DNA of 62,339 nucleotides from a virus (Duplodnaviria; Caudoviricetes): IMG/VR virus record IMGVR_UViG_3300045806_000066, positions 1 to 62,339 of that record; one strand, 5' to 3'. Shown piece by piece: positions 47,996 to 60,300 of this stretch (position 1 is its first letter; each line of letters starts with the position of its first letter). The notes under the pieces were generated by a model. It saw only the letters and a program-made list of their open reading frames with translations, ran no database searches and was not told where the DNA came from. The position numbers and the translations under genes were made by a program.

Positions 47996-48759
47996 TATTT
48001 GGCGATGGCGATACCGACGCTCGCCCCGGCGCCCGCGAGTCCGAGAGCCGTCTTGCCGGCGACTCCGGCGTAGTGCTTGACCGGACCCGGGTGAACGTGG
48101 TCCCAGGGCTTGATGTAGCCGTGGATGTCGGTTTCGAGGACCGTCCCTTCGTTCAGAAACCCGGCGCCGCTTGCCGAGAGAACGCCCAGGTTGGTGATCA
48201 GCGTTGCCATGCGCGGCGCGTCGAGGAAGTCTCCGGCAGCGATGGATGTCCGGGTGAGCGAGATTTCGAGGGGCGCAAGCGGTTCCAGCGCGGCGGTGAC
48301 AGCCGGCGGAAGGGTGGCGAGCTGGTCTATGAGGGCGATCGCGTGCTTCTGGTCGGCGGTTACGTCCAACTCCTGCACCTTCCCTTTAAGCGTATCGGCG
48401 GCATCTCCTGTTTTGGCTATCGTAGTCGTCGTGGCCGCAAGCGTACCGTTCGCTGTAGCCAGCAATCCGTCCATCTTGGGGAGCGTGCCCGTCTGGATGG
48501 CCGTCAGAATGGCGGTGAACTGCTTTACCGCTTTACCTGTATCCTCCGCGATCTGCGCATCACGCTTCTGTCCGCGCTGGAGTTCCTTAATCAAACCTTT
48601 GCCGCTGTCAGTGCCGTCGGCAATGTCAGCCGACACCCGACTGCTGTACTTCCAGGCGCACCAACATAGCGGCGTAAGCGTGGCGCAAATGAGGATCGGA
48701 ACCAGCACCCACGCGATGAACGCTAGCCAGAGGAAGGATTTCCACGTCCAGCCCTTCAC
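47995..48759 (-). CDS. Membrane-anchored coiled-coil protein (spanin-like candidate)
   Basis: N-terminal TM, helical body and hydrophobic C-terminus; GTGA overlap with the endolysin. Confidence 0.5.
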   Translation of the reverse strand: MKGWTWKSFLWLAFIAWVLVPILICATLTPLCWCAWKYSSRVSADIADGTDSGKGLIKELQRGQKRDAQIAEDTGKAVKQFTAILTAIQTGTLPKMDGLLATANGTLAATTTTIAKTGDAADTLKGKVQELDVTADQKHAIALIDQLATLPPAVTAALEPLAPLEISLTRTSIAAGDFLDAPRMATLITNLGVLSASGAGFLNEGTVLETDIHGYIKPWDHVHPGPVKHYAGVAGKTALGLAGAGASVGIAIAK

Positions 48760-49274
48760 GCGCCCGCCCCGCTGGCCTTCTTGAGCATCTCGTTCACTTC
48801 TTCGTCGTTCTGCGGTCTCGCCCCGCCGCCCGCCGCCACGTAGACCGCCTGCAGGCTGGCGATCGTATTCTCGCGCTGCCCGTATCCGGCTCCGGGGAGC
48901 GAGGCCCAGATGTGCGCGCACGAGATTACCGCCATCTGGAATTCTCCCGCCTCTACCGCAGAGAGAGCGTGTGACTCGATAATCTGCCGAACAGCGATTT
49001 TGTCCTGCGACTCCGGTGAGAAATCGGGCAAGTTGAGCAGCTTCTTGTAGGCATCGAAGTAGCGTTCGAGGAGCTGATAGCGCCCAGCCGCGGTGCTCGC
49101 TAAGCTGGGATTGAGCTGGATCAGTTCGCGGGGGTGATCTGCGTAGGAGTGAAACAGAGAGCCGCCAACCAGGACGTTGTAGCCGTCGTCGCCCTTGCCG
49201 GCGGTTCCTTCGGAGTGCGCCAGCATGTCAAGAAATGCGGATAGGTTGCGGGAGAGTCCTGTAAGTCGTGACAT
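48756..49274 (-). CDS. Endolysin, lambda R-type transglycosylase
   Basis: AFLDMLAHSEGT, YADHPR, STAAGRYQLL, DFSPESQD and IWASLPGAGYGQRE. Confidence 0.95.
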   Translation of the reverse strand: MSRLTGLSRNLSAFLDMLAHSEGTAGKGDDGYNVLVGGSLFHSYADHPRELIQLNPSLASTAAGRYQLLERYFDAYKKLLNLPDFSPESQDKIAVRQIIESHALSAVEAGEFQMAVISCAHIWASLPGAGYGQRENTIASLQAVYVAAGGGARPQNDEEVNEMLKKASGAGA

Positions 49275-49553
49275 TTATTGCTCCGTTCTCGTGCTGGCGT
49301 TCGTCGGCGCGGCATTAGGCGAGGATGGCACCAGATGAAAGGCGTTGAGGATCATGTCCACCTTGGAATCTGTCGCAACCTGCTTCTCTTTGATTTCCCC
49401 GAGGGTCTGCCCCATGTTCCAGAGCATGGCGAGCATGGTTAAGAGAACGGCGGCCCATCCGGCAAGGTTCTGCCATGAAACGGTGGATTTAGTATTGGCG
49501 GCAAGTTTGGCGACGTGCGGACATTCGCTTGCGCACTCTTGGGTACGAGCCAT
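49275..49553 (-). CDS. Single-TM protein upstream of the endolysin (holin/antiholin candidate)
   Basis: LAGWAAVLLTMLAMLW followed by a short coiled coil. Confidence 0.5.
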   Translation of the reverse strand: MARTQECASECPHVAKLAANTKSTVSWQNLAGWAAVLLTMLAMLWNMGQTLGEIKEKQVATDSKVDMILNAFHLVPSSPNAAPTNASTRTEQ

Positions 49554-49597
49554 AGAGATCCCTTCTGGAATAAAATTGGAATAAAATACTGCAGATA

Positions 49598-51310
49598 TTA
49601 CTTTCCGAGTCGCCGAATGGTTCCGAAGCGCCGCCCGATGGTGGCCGGCGCGTTCGCCTTCTGTATCTCCGCCTGCAGACGCTGGCGGTGGATGTACAGC
49701 GAATTCTCGTCGAGCCCGCTGGCCTTCATCTTCGCCAGTTTCTCCTCCATCTCTTCTTCCCGCGGCTTCTTTCCGGGTGAGAGCATCGACTTGAGGCCGT
49801 AGCGGGCAGCTTCCGAGGTGTCCATCTCGATGCGCGCCGCCCCTTTGTCGGTTTTCAGTACCCGGTCCAAGTCTTTCGGATCGCGCATGAGAAGCGGAAT
49901 CGACGACACCAATTCCGCACAGTTCGCCGAGATCAGCCACACGCTATCGCCGGTAGCACCTTCGCGCTTGGTTTCCAGCAGCATGTTCGACATCAGACTC
50001 CATCCGCCCACCACATCGGTATCGGCAGCCTGGGGGTAAGGTAGCCCGTTCTTGGTCAGGATGGAGCCCATGCTCTGCGCGATGGTGTTCTTGCTGCTGC
50101 GCTGGGCGAATGCGTCCGGGGAGAGGTAGAACGCGCCATCGGTATCGGACAGCTTCTCGCGCTCCTCGACCGGCGTCCGCTCCACGATCTGCAGAGCGAT
50201 GTCGTTCTCGGAAATCTCTCGCGTTCCGCCCTCGTCCTGCGCCGCCGCGCCACCGGCCACGTATTCCCGGTAGGTCAACACCACCTTGAGCGTGCGGGTC
50301 ACGTCCCAGCCCAGAAGCTTCTTTACATCCTCGGGCGACATCTCGCCGCGGGCGTGCCAGTAGGTTGCGCAATAGTGGCCGCGCCCCCAATCCTGGGACA
50401 ACCACTTCTGCCACCACGGCTTGATGATCTTGGAAACTACCTCGGGAGAGAGTACCGTCTTATCCCGGTCGTATGTGCGGCCAAAGAAAGCACCTTCCAG
50501 CGATTCCCATGAGCCCCAGAAATCGCGCTGTACCAGCGCCTCATCCTGCGAGACCAGCGCCTTGCCGTAATCGGATCGGGTTGCGCAGAACTCGGCTCGC
50601 TGCGCATCGGTCCAGCCGTAGTAATCTTCCTCGTCCAGCCCGTCCTCTTCGAGCGCCACCCGCACCCATTCCACGTTGTCAAACGGGCGGACGTGGACGA
50701 AAGAGAAGTCCTCGCGCCGCTCATTCTCACGGAACTCGTGCAGATGGAAAACACGACGCAGGAAGTCAATTCCGACGCCGCCCATATTGAATGCTAGGTA
50801 CAGCTTGCAGGTTCCCATCTTGACGCCCGGCCAGCGGACGGCCTGCTTGATCTCGCGCAACTCCTGCTCAGTGAATTGCTCGGCCTGGTCCACCGCGACA
50901 TCGAAGAAGTTTGCCGAGCGGAACCGGTTGATTACATCGTCGAGCGATTCGGCGTGTGTGAAGATCAGTTCCGACGGCGGCCCGCTCTCCATCGGGAATA
51001 CCAGTTTGCGCTCGGTCTTTTTGTAGTACGGGGCCAGTTCGGGAAACTGGCGCATTATCACGTCCTCGTGATAGCGCCGAACCTGATCCGAGTTGCGCAT
51101 GACAATCACGCGCACCGTGCCGGGGTTTTCCATGCAGCGCGTGAGCATGATCCGTTGCATCCCGCCCGACTTGGCCCCGCCACGGCCGCCGCCGTTGCCA
51201 ATCCAGGTTGAGGCTCCGGACTCCATCAGGTCGTACACTTCGACCTGCTTCGGCTGCAGTACGATCGCGGGCTCCGGCTGCGAGATTGTCCCTATCGCTG
51301 GGGTCGCCAT
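49598..51310 (-). CDS. terL: Terminase large subunit with atypical motifs
   Basis: LQPKQ, Walker A GGGRGGAKS, Walker B VAVDQAE, FNMGG, and nuclease DWG...SPDAF...D..EAARY. ATG overlaps the giant gene's TGA. Confidence 0.85.
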   Translation of the reverse strand: MATPAIGTISQPEPAIVLQPKQVEVYDLMESGASTWIGNGGGRGGAKSGGMQRIMLTRCMENPGTVRVIVMRNSDQVRRYHEDVIMRQFPELAPYYKKTERKLVFPMESGPPSELIFTHAESLDDVINRFRSANFFDVAVDQAEQFTEQELREIKQAVRWPGVKMGTCKLYLAFNMGGVGIDFLRRVFHLHEFRENERREDFSFVHVRPFDNVEWVRVALEEDGLDEEDYYGWTDAQRAEFCATRSDYGKALVSQDEALVQRDFWGSWESLEGAFFGRTYDRDKTVLSPEVVSKIIKPWWQKWLSQDWGRGHYCATYWHARGEMSPEDVKKLLGWDVTRTLKVVLTYREYVAGGAAAQDEGGTREISENDIALQIVERTPVEEREKLSDTDGAFYLSPDAFAQRSSKNTIAQSMGSILTKNGLPYPQAADTDVVGGWSLMSNMLLETKREGATGDSVWLISANCAELVSSIPLLMRDPKDLDRVLKTDKGAARIEMDTSEAARYGLKSMLSPGKKPREEEMEEKLAKMKASGLDENSLYIHRQRLQAEIQKANAPATIGRRFGTIRRLGK

Positions 51311-54300
51311 CAGTGCTTCTGCTTGGACACGGAAGTTCCCAGGTTGCGCAGTAGCGCCGCCCACGCCGGTTGCTTGTTAGTGGGAGACGACGTGCCAACG
51401 GTACTGGAGACGATGGGGAACAGTTTGCGCCCGGCATATGTGCCCACCCCCTCGCCGCTCTTGCCTTTGCCGAAGATCCGCTTGCCGTCCTGCATGTCCT
51501 TGTTGGCCCACATCTCGACGGGGGTGCTGATCAGTGGGTTTGCCTCGCCGACAAAAGCGCCGGCATCGCTTGGAATTCCGATCTGCGCGTCCTCCCAAGC
51601 CTTTTTGTTGCTGTGGCCAAGAAGCTTGCTCGCGCCGAAGCGTAGGGCGGTCCCCATCTCGGCATTCGCCAGCCGCTCACGGAATAGGTTGTCGGTAACC
51701 GAGGAGTTGCCGATGTGGACGTGCTGTAGGTCGGTCGAGTCCTTCCGCTTGTTCTTGCCCAGCGCATGAATCACCTTGTTCGCCAGCAGGGTCAACAGCG
51801 CCGCGCAGATGGTCGCCTTGAGCGGGTGCTTGAGCGCATACGCCACGGATGAGTAGCCCCAGCCTGGGAAGGTCATAAACGGAGCCATGTCGTGCTGCAT
51901 GTCGGTCCAGCTTCCACGCGCGTACCGGCCCAGCTCCTCGTTTACCTGGTTGGCGATCATGTCGTCGGTCGCCTCGGGGTGCTCGGTGCGGATCATCCCG
52001 TACATCCAGAGGCGCGCGGAGTTGTCCGGGCCGCCGGGTTTGAAGATGTTGTGATGGCCGATGAACTTCAATCCCTGCAGCCCGATAGCCTGCACGCCGC
52101 TTCCGATGGCCGTGCTCGCCGTCATGGCCGCACGGAAGGGGAGAGAACGGATCTGGCCCTGATCGTCGCGGGAGTTCATCGCCTGCCGCAACCGCTGCGG
52201 GAAGGTCTTGGTGGTGTAGTCGGCCTGCTCCTTAGCCGCCGCTTTGATGAGGTTCCAGGTGCGCTCTACCACATTGGCGTCCGTATTGGACTCGATCAGG
52301 GTTTTGAAGTTCTCGATGCCTTGAACCGAGATGCCGTTATGCCGCAGAAGCGCCTTGAACGCGGGATCGTCAACGCCGCTGATACCGCGGCGCTTCAATT
52401 CCTTGTCAAACAGCACATTCCAGGCATCGGCGTAGGCGCGTGGGTCGAGTTGCCCCATCGGACGGTGCAGCATCACGCGCCGCAGGATGTTCTTGATATG
52501 GCTGGCTCCGAAGCCCATCGAAATGAGTTGGCCGCGCACCATGCCGGTAATCGGCTCCATCAGTTCGCCGGCTGCTTTCACCCATGGCCGGATGACGTGC
52601 TTGTACCCGCCATTGAAAGCATCGGTCACTTCCTTGGGCGCCAGGTAGATTGGCTCCTGCGCGGGGCGGGCGTGCGCCATGCCCAGCAGGGCGTCCATGT
52701 CGTCCTCGGTCAGCTTGGTTCCCGACGCGCGCTCGTGGGCGGCAATAACGGCCTTAGCCAGCCGGTCGCGGGTGCTCTCCGCTGCCGCCGCGCGCTTCTC
52801 TGGCGAGGTGTTCTGGAACTCGCCGTACTCGCGAATGGTGCCCGGCAGGTCATCGGGAGCCGTGCCGGCCTTTACTGCCTCGCGGATCTGGCGCGCGGCC
52901 TCCGGACTGTAGAAGACCTTGCCGTCGTAAACGATGCTGTCGGGGTGCTCGTCGCCGGGTGAGACCAGCGTGGCCTTCGCCATGACGTGCGCGGCAGCCT
53001 TGTCCTCGACCAGCTTGAGCTTCGTGGAAACGTAGCCGGGAACGAACGACGGGCCGAATTCGTGAAGACCGTGCTCGTAGAAGTATTCCGCGCTGGCGAT
53101 GCGGCCCTTGTTGTTCAGCTTCTGGGTCGTAACGGTGTCGTCGCCGCCGGAACCCTTGGGAGCCTTGCGCTTGCCGTCCGGGCTACCGATCCCCTCGATA
53201 TCCTTGGGGTAGACGCGATGCAGGAATGATTCTTCGATGATGGCGTCGCCGTGGGCGCGCCGGTCCTCGCGCATCTCGTCCTGAATCGGCTCGTAGGCTT
53301 CCAACGCCTTTTGTATCAGCGGGTCGTTGCTGAACTGCTCAAATTCTTCGGGATGGTTGGCTTCAAGGTTCTCGCGGCTAGCTTCGTCGGCCATCAGCAC
53401 TAATCCGCGCTCCTGCTCGCGGGTCATGCCGGCGGTAATCTTCTTGCCGATCGCTTCACCCTCGAAGCGATACGCCTGGGGCGCGGCGTCGATCTCGCGC
53501 AGGTCAGCGGCTGCTTGTGGGTCCACGGCCTCGACTTGATGATGCGCACGTCCCAGCCCGGCCTTCTGAATGAATCCGTCCATCATCTCGTCATAGGCAT
53601 TGTTGCCAGCCTTGACGGCCTTGGCGGCGCGGATTGCCAGTTCGATAGGGACGGTGACGGGCGAGGTCAGCAGCGAGCCGCGCGCAAAGCCGGACTCGCC
53701 GGAGCGGTCGGGCGCGGTCTGGTCGGCGCTGCCGGTGTCCACTTTAGCGGGATACTGCTTGAGAATCTTCTCCAGAATGTCATGCGCCTTGACCTGATCG
53801 CCGCCGAACGAGGTATCTGTCGGCAGGTAGTAGATGGGCTGGACACCGCGCTCGTACAGCACTCCCTTGCTTTTCAGGTCGTTCTGCACCGCCGGGTTCG
53901 CGGTGACAAACTTCACCACATTGGTTCCGGCCACGCGCCCACGGCTTACCTTGACTCCACCTTCGAGTTCGTACTGCGATCCGTTCTTGAGCACGTCCTC
54001 AAGTATCTGGCGTGCATCAATGGTGCTGCTTCCGCCGGAGATGCGGTCGAGTAATCCCTTGATTTTGGAGGTAGGAATGTCGATTCCGACAACCCTCTGT
54101 CCCGTCTTCTCATCTACCGTGCTATAGACTTCCATGCGCGCGCCGCTGGCCTCACGGATGGCGTTCCAGTAGCGCATGACGGCGCCGCCGATGAGATGGT
54201 GAGCCGTAGTGGTGTGGGTCGGAGCGGCCTCGTACTGCTTCTGCCACTCGTCGCGGATCAGGTCAAAGGGGTGCGACTTGCGGGCGGCTGCGTTCGCTGC

Positions 54301-57300
54301 TGTCAGTGCTGCCTTGGCGGCCTTTACGTCCGCCTTGGCCTGGTCTACGCGAGGCTGAATCTCGGCGGGGCTGCGGTAGTTATAGGTTCCGTTCTTCTCG
54401 TTCTCCTGAGCCTCGGCCAGTTGTTCAGTCTTGTACTTCTCATCAGATTGAGCGCGTTCTAGTTTATTGGCCGCATCCGTGAGTGCCTGCTGTACTGCCT
54501 TATCCACCGGAGTCCAGCGGTAGAAGTCGCTGGCCGGGCGCTTCGTCCAAGTACCAGCCTCGGGCCGGGTAGCCCACACGGCTTCCTCGGTGTGCCCATC
54601 CGCGTGAACGATGGCGTGCGCGTCGGCGGTCATTACAAGCTGGCCTTTGTCGTTCCGCAGAACGCGGGGATGCTCGCTCTTGGCCTTCGCCTTGTTGAAT
54701 TCCTTTTCTGCACTTTCGGCAGGGCGGCGCTCGGTGCGCACCTGGGCATCGACGGGATAGTAGAACGTCTTGGCTCCGGTCGTGGGGTCGGACGCCAGCG
54801 TGCGGAACTCCTTGACTGCAAACGAGTCGCCGGGAATCTTCTTGACGCCGGTATCGAGCGTGCCGTCTGCGATGGCCTGTTTCACCACGGCATCAAAGAT
54901 GTTGTAGAAATAGTTGTAGACCGGCTGCTGCAGGTCGGGGTCGAGCGCGAGCAGGCGGTTGAGCAGGCGCGTGACGTTCGTCCGGTCCGCCAGCGGAACC
55001 GTGGTGTTGCCGTCCTTGTCGGTTTTGAGAACGCGGAGCTCCTTCAGGACATCGTAGCCGCTGATTGGCTCGCCGTCGGCTCCCTTGGTTTCCGGTATTG
55101 CCGTTCCCCGCAACAACTGCTGGTAGAACGAATTAGCCGCAGCCTTACCTTGCTCCGTCTCGAAGTTGACCTTCGACATCGCCTCGGTGCCGGTGTTCGT
55201 CTTGGTCTGCCCCTTGGACAGAGCTTCCAGCGATTCCATGCGCTTTGCGATCGACGAGATGAAACGCGATTCGCCGCCGAGATCAGTCTTGAGCAACCCG
55301 TACTCTGGAGCGTTGACCTGGTTGGAGCGATTGAAGCGGCCATTCATCTGCATGGCCTTATCCGCGCTCCAGCCAACCTGCAGGGTGAGGCATAGGCGCC
55401 GCTGCTGGTTTTTGGCTCCCTTGTCGGAGTGAAGCGAGATGCCGGTATCGGCCGCAGAGGACAGAATCGCAACCCGCTTCTTGCCACTCTGGAAGTTCGC
55501 CATTTCGGACTGATTTACCTTGTCCTGGCTGACACCGTTGCCGCCACGATTCACCAGCCGGTTCGTCGCCGGGTCGTACCGCTGCTTGCGCCCGGTCAAC
55601 TCGGCCACCTTTGAGGGGCCACCAAGCTGTTCGATCAGCTCATCCAGCGGGTTACTCGGCATCTTCAACTGGTCGAGCTTCTCCAGCAGTGCCTCGCGCG
55701 CTGCGACGGCGGTAGGGTTCAACACCGGCTGCGAAGTATCGTTGCCATTCTTGTCCTTGACAAATACGGGAACCTTGATCGGCTTGCCGTTGCTGTCGAT
55801 GTCGTCTTTGTACTGTTGCACCGGGTAGTGCTCGGCAACCATATCTTTCAGCATCTTGCCGGGGCCAAAGTCGTAATCCGGCTCCTCGCGTTCCTCACCG
55901 CGATCTTCCGCCGCTACGCGGTCCTTCTCCCGGTTCTGCGCCGCCTCGTTGGTGTTGATGAGGGTGATGCCCACAGACATCGGCTCATGCTTCGTACCAT
56001 CCTCGTCCGTCCATCCCGCCAGCGCCTTCTCTGCTTCGGCCACGGCGGTCGGAATCTTAATCGAAGTCAGCAGGAGATTGAAGAACCGTTGCTGGGTGCT
56101 AAAAAAGGCCGACATTGCGCGGCCCTTCTGCATCCCGCCGCCATTGGTCGTGGTGGCGATAGTTTTCTCCACCGACTCGTAGATGCTGCGCCATGCCGCT
56201 GCAGCCGCTGCATAGACCTGCTTCTGCTCCGGGGTAATGACGTGCTGGATCTCGCGGTACTCCACTCCCTTGAACGTCAACGTGCGGGACACGTATTTAC
56301 CCTGGGCCTTGAGTTCGCGGGCGATCATCTCCATGGCCGACATGCCGCCATGGGAGATTTCTGCGGCAAACTGCGTGAAGCCGCCGGGGAACGGCGTGCC
56401 CGGTCCCCAGAGTCCAAGCCGGTCGAGATACCCGAGGTTCATCACGTCCGTTGCGGCCGTCGCGGAAAGCGAGACGGTGCGCAATCCCGGCATGTTGTCG
56501 AGGAACTTCTTGACCGTCTCTCCCACCTGCGAGGCTTGCTGCCCTTTGGATACCACGGCGTTTTTCAGCGCGTGCGACTCGTCCATGAGCATGTACCCGC
56601 CGTCGCCGCCATCCTCGCCGCGCAGCCATTTATCGAGCTGCATGGCGCGCGTGTTCCCCTTCTTGTCGGCGCTACGGAGAAGCGACCATGTGGTGAACAT
56701 CACACCCTCATGCTCGATAGGCGCGCCGGATGGAATTTTCCCGAGGTCTCGCAGGCTTTTGGCGAGTTGCTTCGCGCCAATGCCTTCCAGGTCGCGGCCA
56801 GCGTCGGCAATCAGGTCTTTAGACTTTGTGACCCATAGCAACCGCTTGCGTCCCTTGTTCCAGTTGTCGAGCAGAATTCCGGCGCCGATGCGGCCCTTGC
56901 CGACACCTGTACCGTCCCCAATCAGCGCACTGGCGCGCGCTCCGCTGGGGAGAATGATGTCGTTCTGCATCCCGGCGATCGAGACGGCTTCGAGTTGCAC
57001 CGCGGAGAGTTTGGCTCCGGCGTAGTTGTCCGATGCCTTACCGACAACGGATTCTGGAAGGCTGGGCTTGTAGGTGAGTGGCGGCATGGGAACCGTCGCC
57101 ATGCTCTTGGTTTCTACGATGGAACCGGGATGTTCGGCTCCCTTGAGGGTGGGCTTGTAGGTGGCGTATGCCGACTCGTCTTCCTGATCGCGCCCGGCTT
57201 CGCGGGTAGCGACTTGCTCTAAGTCGAGACCTCTGACTGCCACTTGTCGCTTACCGTCAGCATTTTCAGGACTTCCTCCAACACTTCCAGCGGCGGCTCT

Positions 57301-60300
57301 TTCATTATTTGCTGGAGCTTCACTTTCTTGTTGAGGTACTGGAAGTTGTTGAGCCCCGTTTGCGGGTCGAGGCGCTGCAACGTCAGGTCGATTTCCTGCT
57401 GGTCGAGCGACGGCTGGTACTTCTCCATCAACGCCTGCGCTTCGTCCGGGTACTCCTCGAACGCCTGTGCTACCTGCGTCTGAATTTGCCGCCACGCTAC
57501 TTCCGGTGGAACCTTGCCGAATCCCAGAGCTACCGCTGCGTCCTGGTCGAGTTTCGTTGGTGACATTGGCTGGCCTCGATTCTTCTACTGGCTTGAGAGC
57601 ATTGTAAGCCTCTTCGAGCGTATCGACGTTCTTAGAAATCGTGGAACCGCTAAAGGATGGGGTTGGACCATCCTTGTCAATTACTATGATGCGCGTAGCA
57701 AACGACGTGCCGTATTTCTGGTACTCCTTGCCGTTCACGCGAATGTTGGCGCGCACATTGTACTGTTGAGCAACCTTAGCGAACCATGCGCCGGATTGCC
57801 CACCATGGAGCGAAGCTCCGCCTTCCGGCTCGTTGGCCTGTCCACCGCCGAGGATGGCTACCAGACGTCCACCCGGCGCGAGGCGCTGCAATGCTTGGTC
57901 TACGTGGTTGTAGCCGTAGACGTTGCTGTTCTTGGCCTCATAGCTCTTGGTGGTGCTGGCCGAGAATGGCGGGTTCATCAGGATAACGGTCGGCTTGATG
58001 GAGTGATCGAGTAGAGCGTTTATCAACTCGCCATCATGCGCGGTCGGCTTATCGAATCCAGCCGCTTCGAGCATCTGCTGGCGCCGGGGTGCAATCTCGT
58101 TGACGTGAACCTCCGCGCCGATGGCTTTCGGCCACACGGCCAGCCCACCATTTCCAGCGGAAGGCTCCAGAACCACATCGGATGGAGTGAGGTTCGCCAC
58201 CTTGGCGGCCACGTAGCTCTCGGTCGGCGGGGTGGAAAACTGCTGATTCTTGATCTGCTCCTCGGTGCGAACACCTTGCGAAGTAAGCCGCGGCATCAGT
58301 TCCCGCAGCTTGGCGAGTCCCTCAATGCCGTCCATCTTCATCAGTTCGTCGCCGTGCTTGAGCAGGTACTTGTTAACGCTTGCCTCCATCGCATCGAACA
58401 AGTCTTTTGGAGTCCAGTCGCCCGAGGTGCGCGAACCGCCAAGGTACTGCTCGCCCAGCTTGTTCAGTTCGGTGACGTTACCCAGCGATTCGCCTGCTTC
58501 GAGCTTGTCGTAGATGGCGTTGATGAGAGCGCGAACCGGCTCCTGCTCCGATTTCGTAACAGGCTCGTCCGGTATACGCTTGACGGTCTCGCCGCGCAGG
58601 TTCTTGATGATTAGGTCGCCAGAAAGCTTCGGGGATTCTTTCTCCTGAATCGGATGTACTTCGATGCCGCCACGAGTCGGCACCAGTGCGGCCTTGGTCG
58701 GCTTCGGCGCTTCCGGCGCACGCTCGGGCGGGTAGGTATAAGGCTTGAGAGACTCGCGCTTCGCCATTACGATCTGGCCGATTCCCTCACCGCGTCCTGT
58801 CACTTTCTCGATACTCACTGAGCCAGTACCATCGAACAGGTTGCGCACGCGCCCGATGCCGGAAGAGAATCCATCCTTCGAGTCGTAGGTTACGAGGTCG
58901 CCATTTTTCAGCGCCTTCGCCTTCTCCCCGGCGGCGCGCAGCTTCGATCCCGGCGTCTCCGGCTTGGTGTCGTCGGCTACGAAATCCCCGGTGTTCTCGC
59001 CTACCTGTTTGGCGCGGTCATCCCAGAACTCTTTGAAATGCGGACTCTTGACGGCGGTAACCGGCAGAACTTGTCCGAGGTGCTTCTGCGACCACTGCTC
59101 GATCGCCTGCTTGGTCTCCCCGGTCGGATCGTCGGCCACACGCGCGGTGAAGATTGTCACCTTGTTCCCGGCGGCGAGTGCCTGCTTGACCTTCTCCACC
59201 ATGGCCGGTACGGGCTCGCCAATCACGGTCTTCCCTTTGAATCCCTCATAATTTGCGAGAGTCCCGTCGAGATCCACTGCGATGGACTTCTTGCCCGCGG
59301 GCGCTTCGGCGTCGGCCGCTTCTGCTGCGATGTCCACTTTCTGCGGCTCAACCTTGGTCAGCTTCGCCGGGTCAGCGACGAGCTTCTTCTTGCCGTCGGG
59401 CAGGATGACGCGCGCCGGGGCAGCCTTGCCTCCGTTGCGCGCCGGGGCTCCTGGGTATTCCACCTGGACCGGCTTGCCGTCCAGCATGGCCGTATCGCCC
59501 TTGGCGAGCGGTTGGCTCCCAGCCTGGGGAGGAACAGGCTGGGGTATCCCGGCGGGAGCGCTACTCACCGCAGCAGCGGGGCCTTCGGAACCCGCGCCGG
59601 CCACTTGTGGATTCTTCGCCTTGTCCACGGCTGCACGCAGCTTCGATCCGGCGGTCTCCGGCGCGCCCTTGAGCTGTACCGGCGTCTCATTTCCGTTGCG
59701 GTCCGTGATCGAGATGGAACTGACGGTGAACTTCTTGCCGTCCGTCACGCTCATGCCGGTGTAGCGGCTGGCCTTGGCCGGGTCAACATACGCCACCGTG
59801 GCGTGCGGCTTGTACTCAGGGAAACTACTGGGTGCAAAGTCGCCGTGCTTCTCGATCTCGGCGTTGATGCGGTGGAGCTCTGGTGCGTTGACGGGCGCGA
59901 TGATCGGCGCGGCACCGTCGCTGTGCTCCGTGGCGGGGAAACTGGCTGTCTTGCCCAGCGTGGCTTCAAACGGTGCTTGCGACTCGATGAACGCCATGAG
60001 CTTCGCGGTGTCGTCGCCCTTTATTCCGTAGCGGACGGTGACGTGTGGATCTTCTTCCAGTCCAGTGGTCTGATCTCCGCCGAATTCGGTCGGCATGAGG
60101 TCTTCTTTGGATATGCGGGCGCGGGCCATCGCCAGTGCTTGACCGGCTTCGCTTTCGTGGGGAATGGCGGCCTGGGTGTTACCGTGCTTGTACTTGGTCG
60201 ACGTCTCGGCTTTGGGCGCTGGCGTGGATACGGTCAGTAACTCAGCCGTACTCCCATTGCCCTTCGCGTGCTCGTCGGCGATCTGCTGCTTGATCCGCGC

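Noticed and set aside
59038-60240. 400-aa plus-strand ORF opposite the giant gene
   Set aside because: Antisense to the well-formed 2H and HAD domains, with no independent coding signal.
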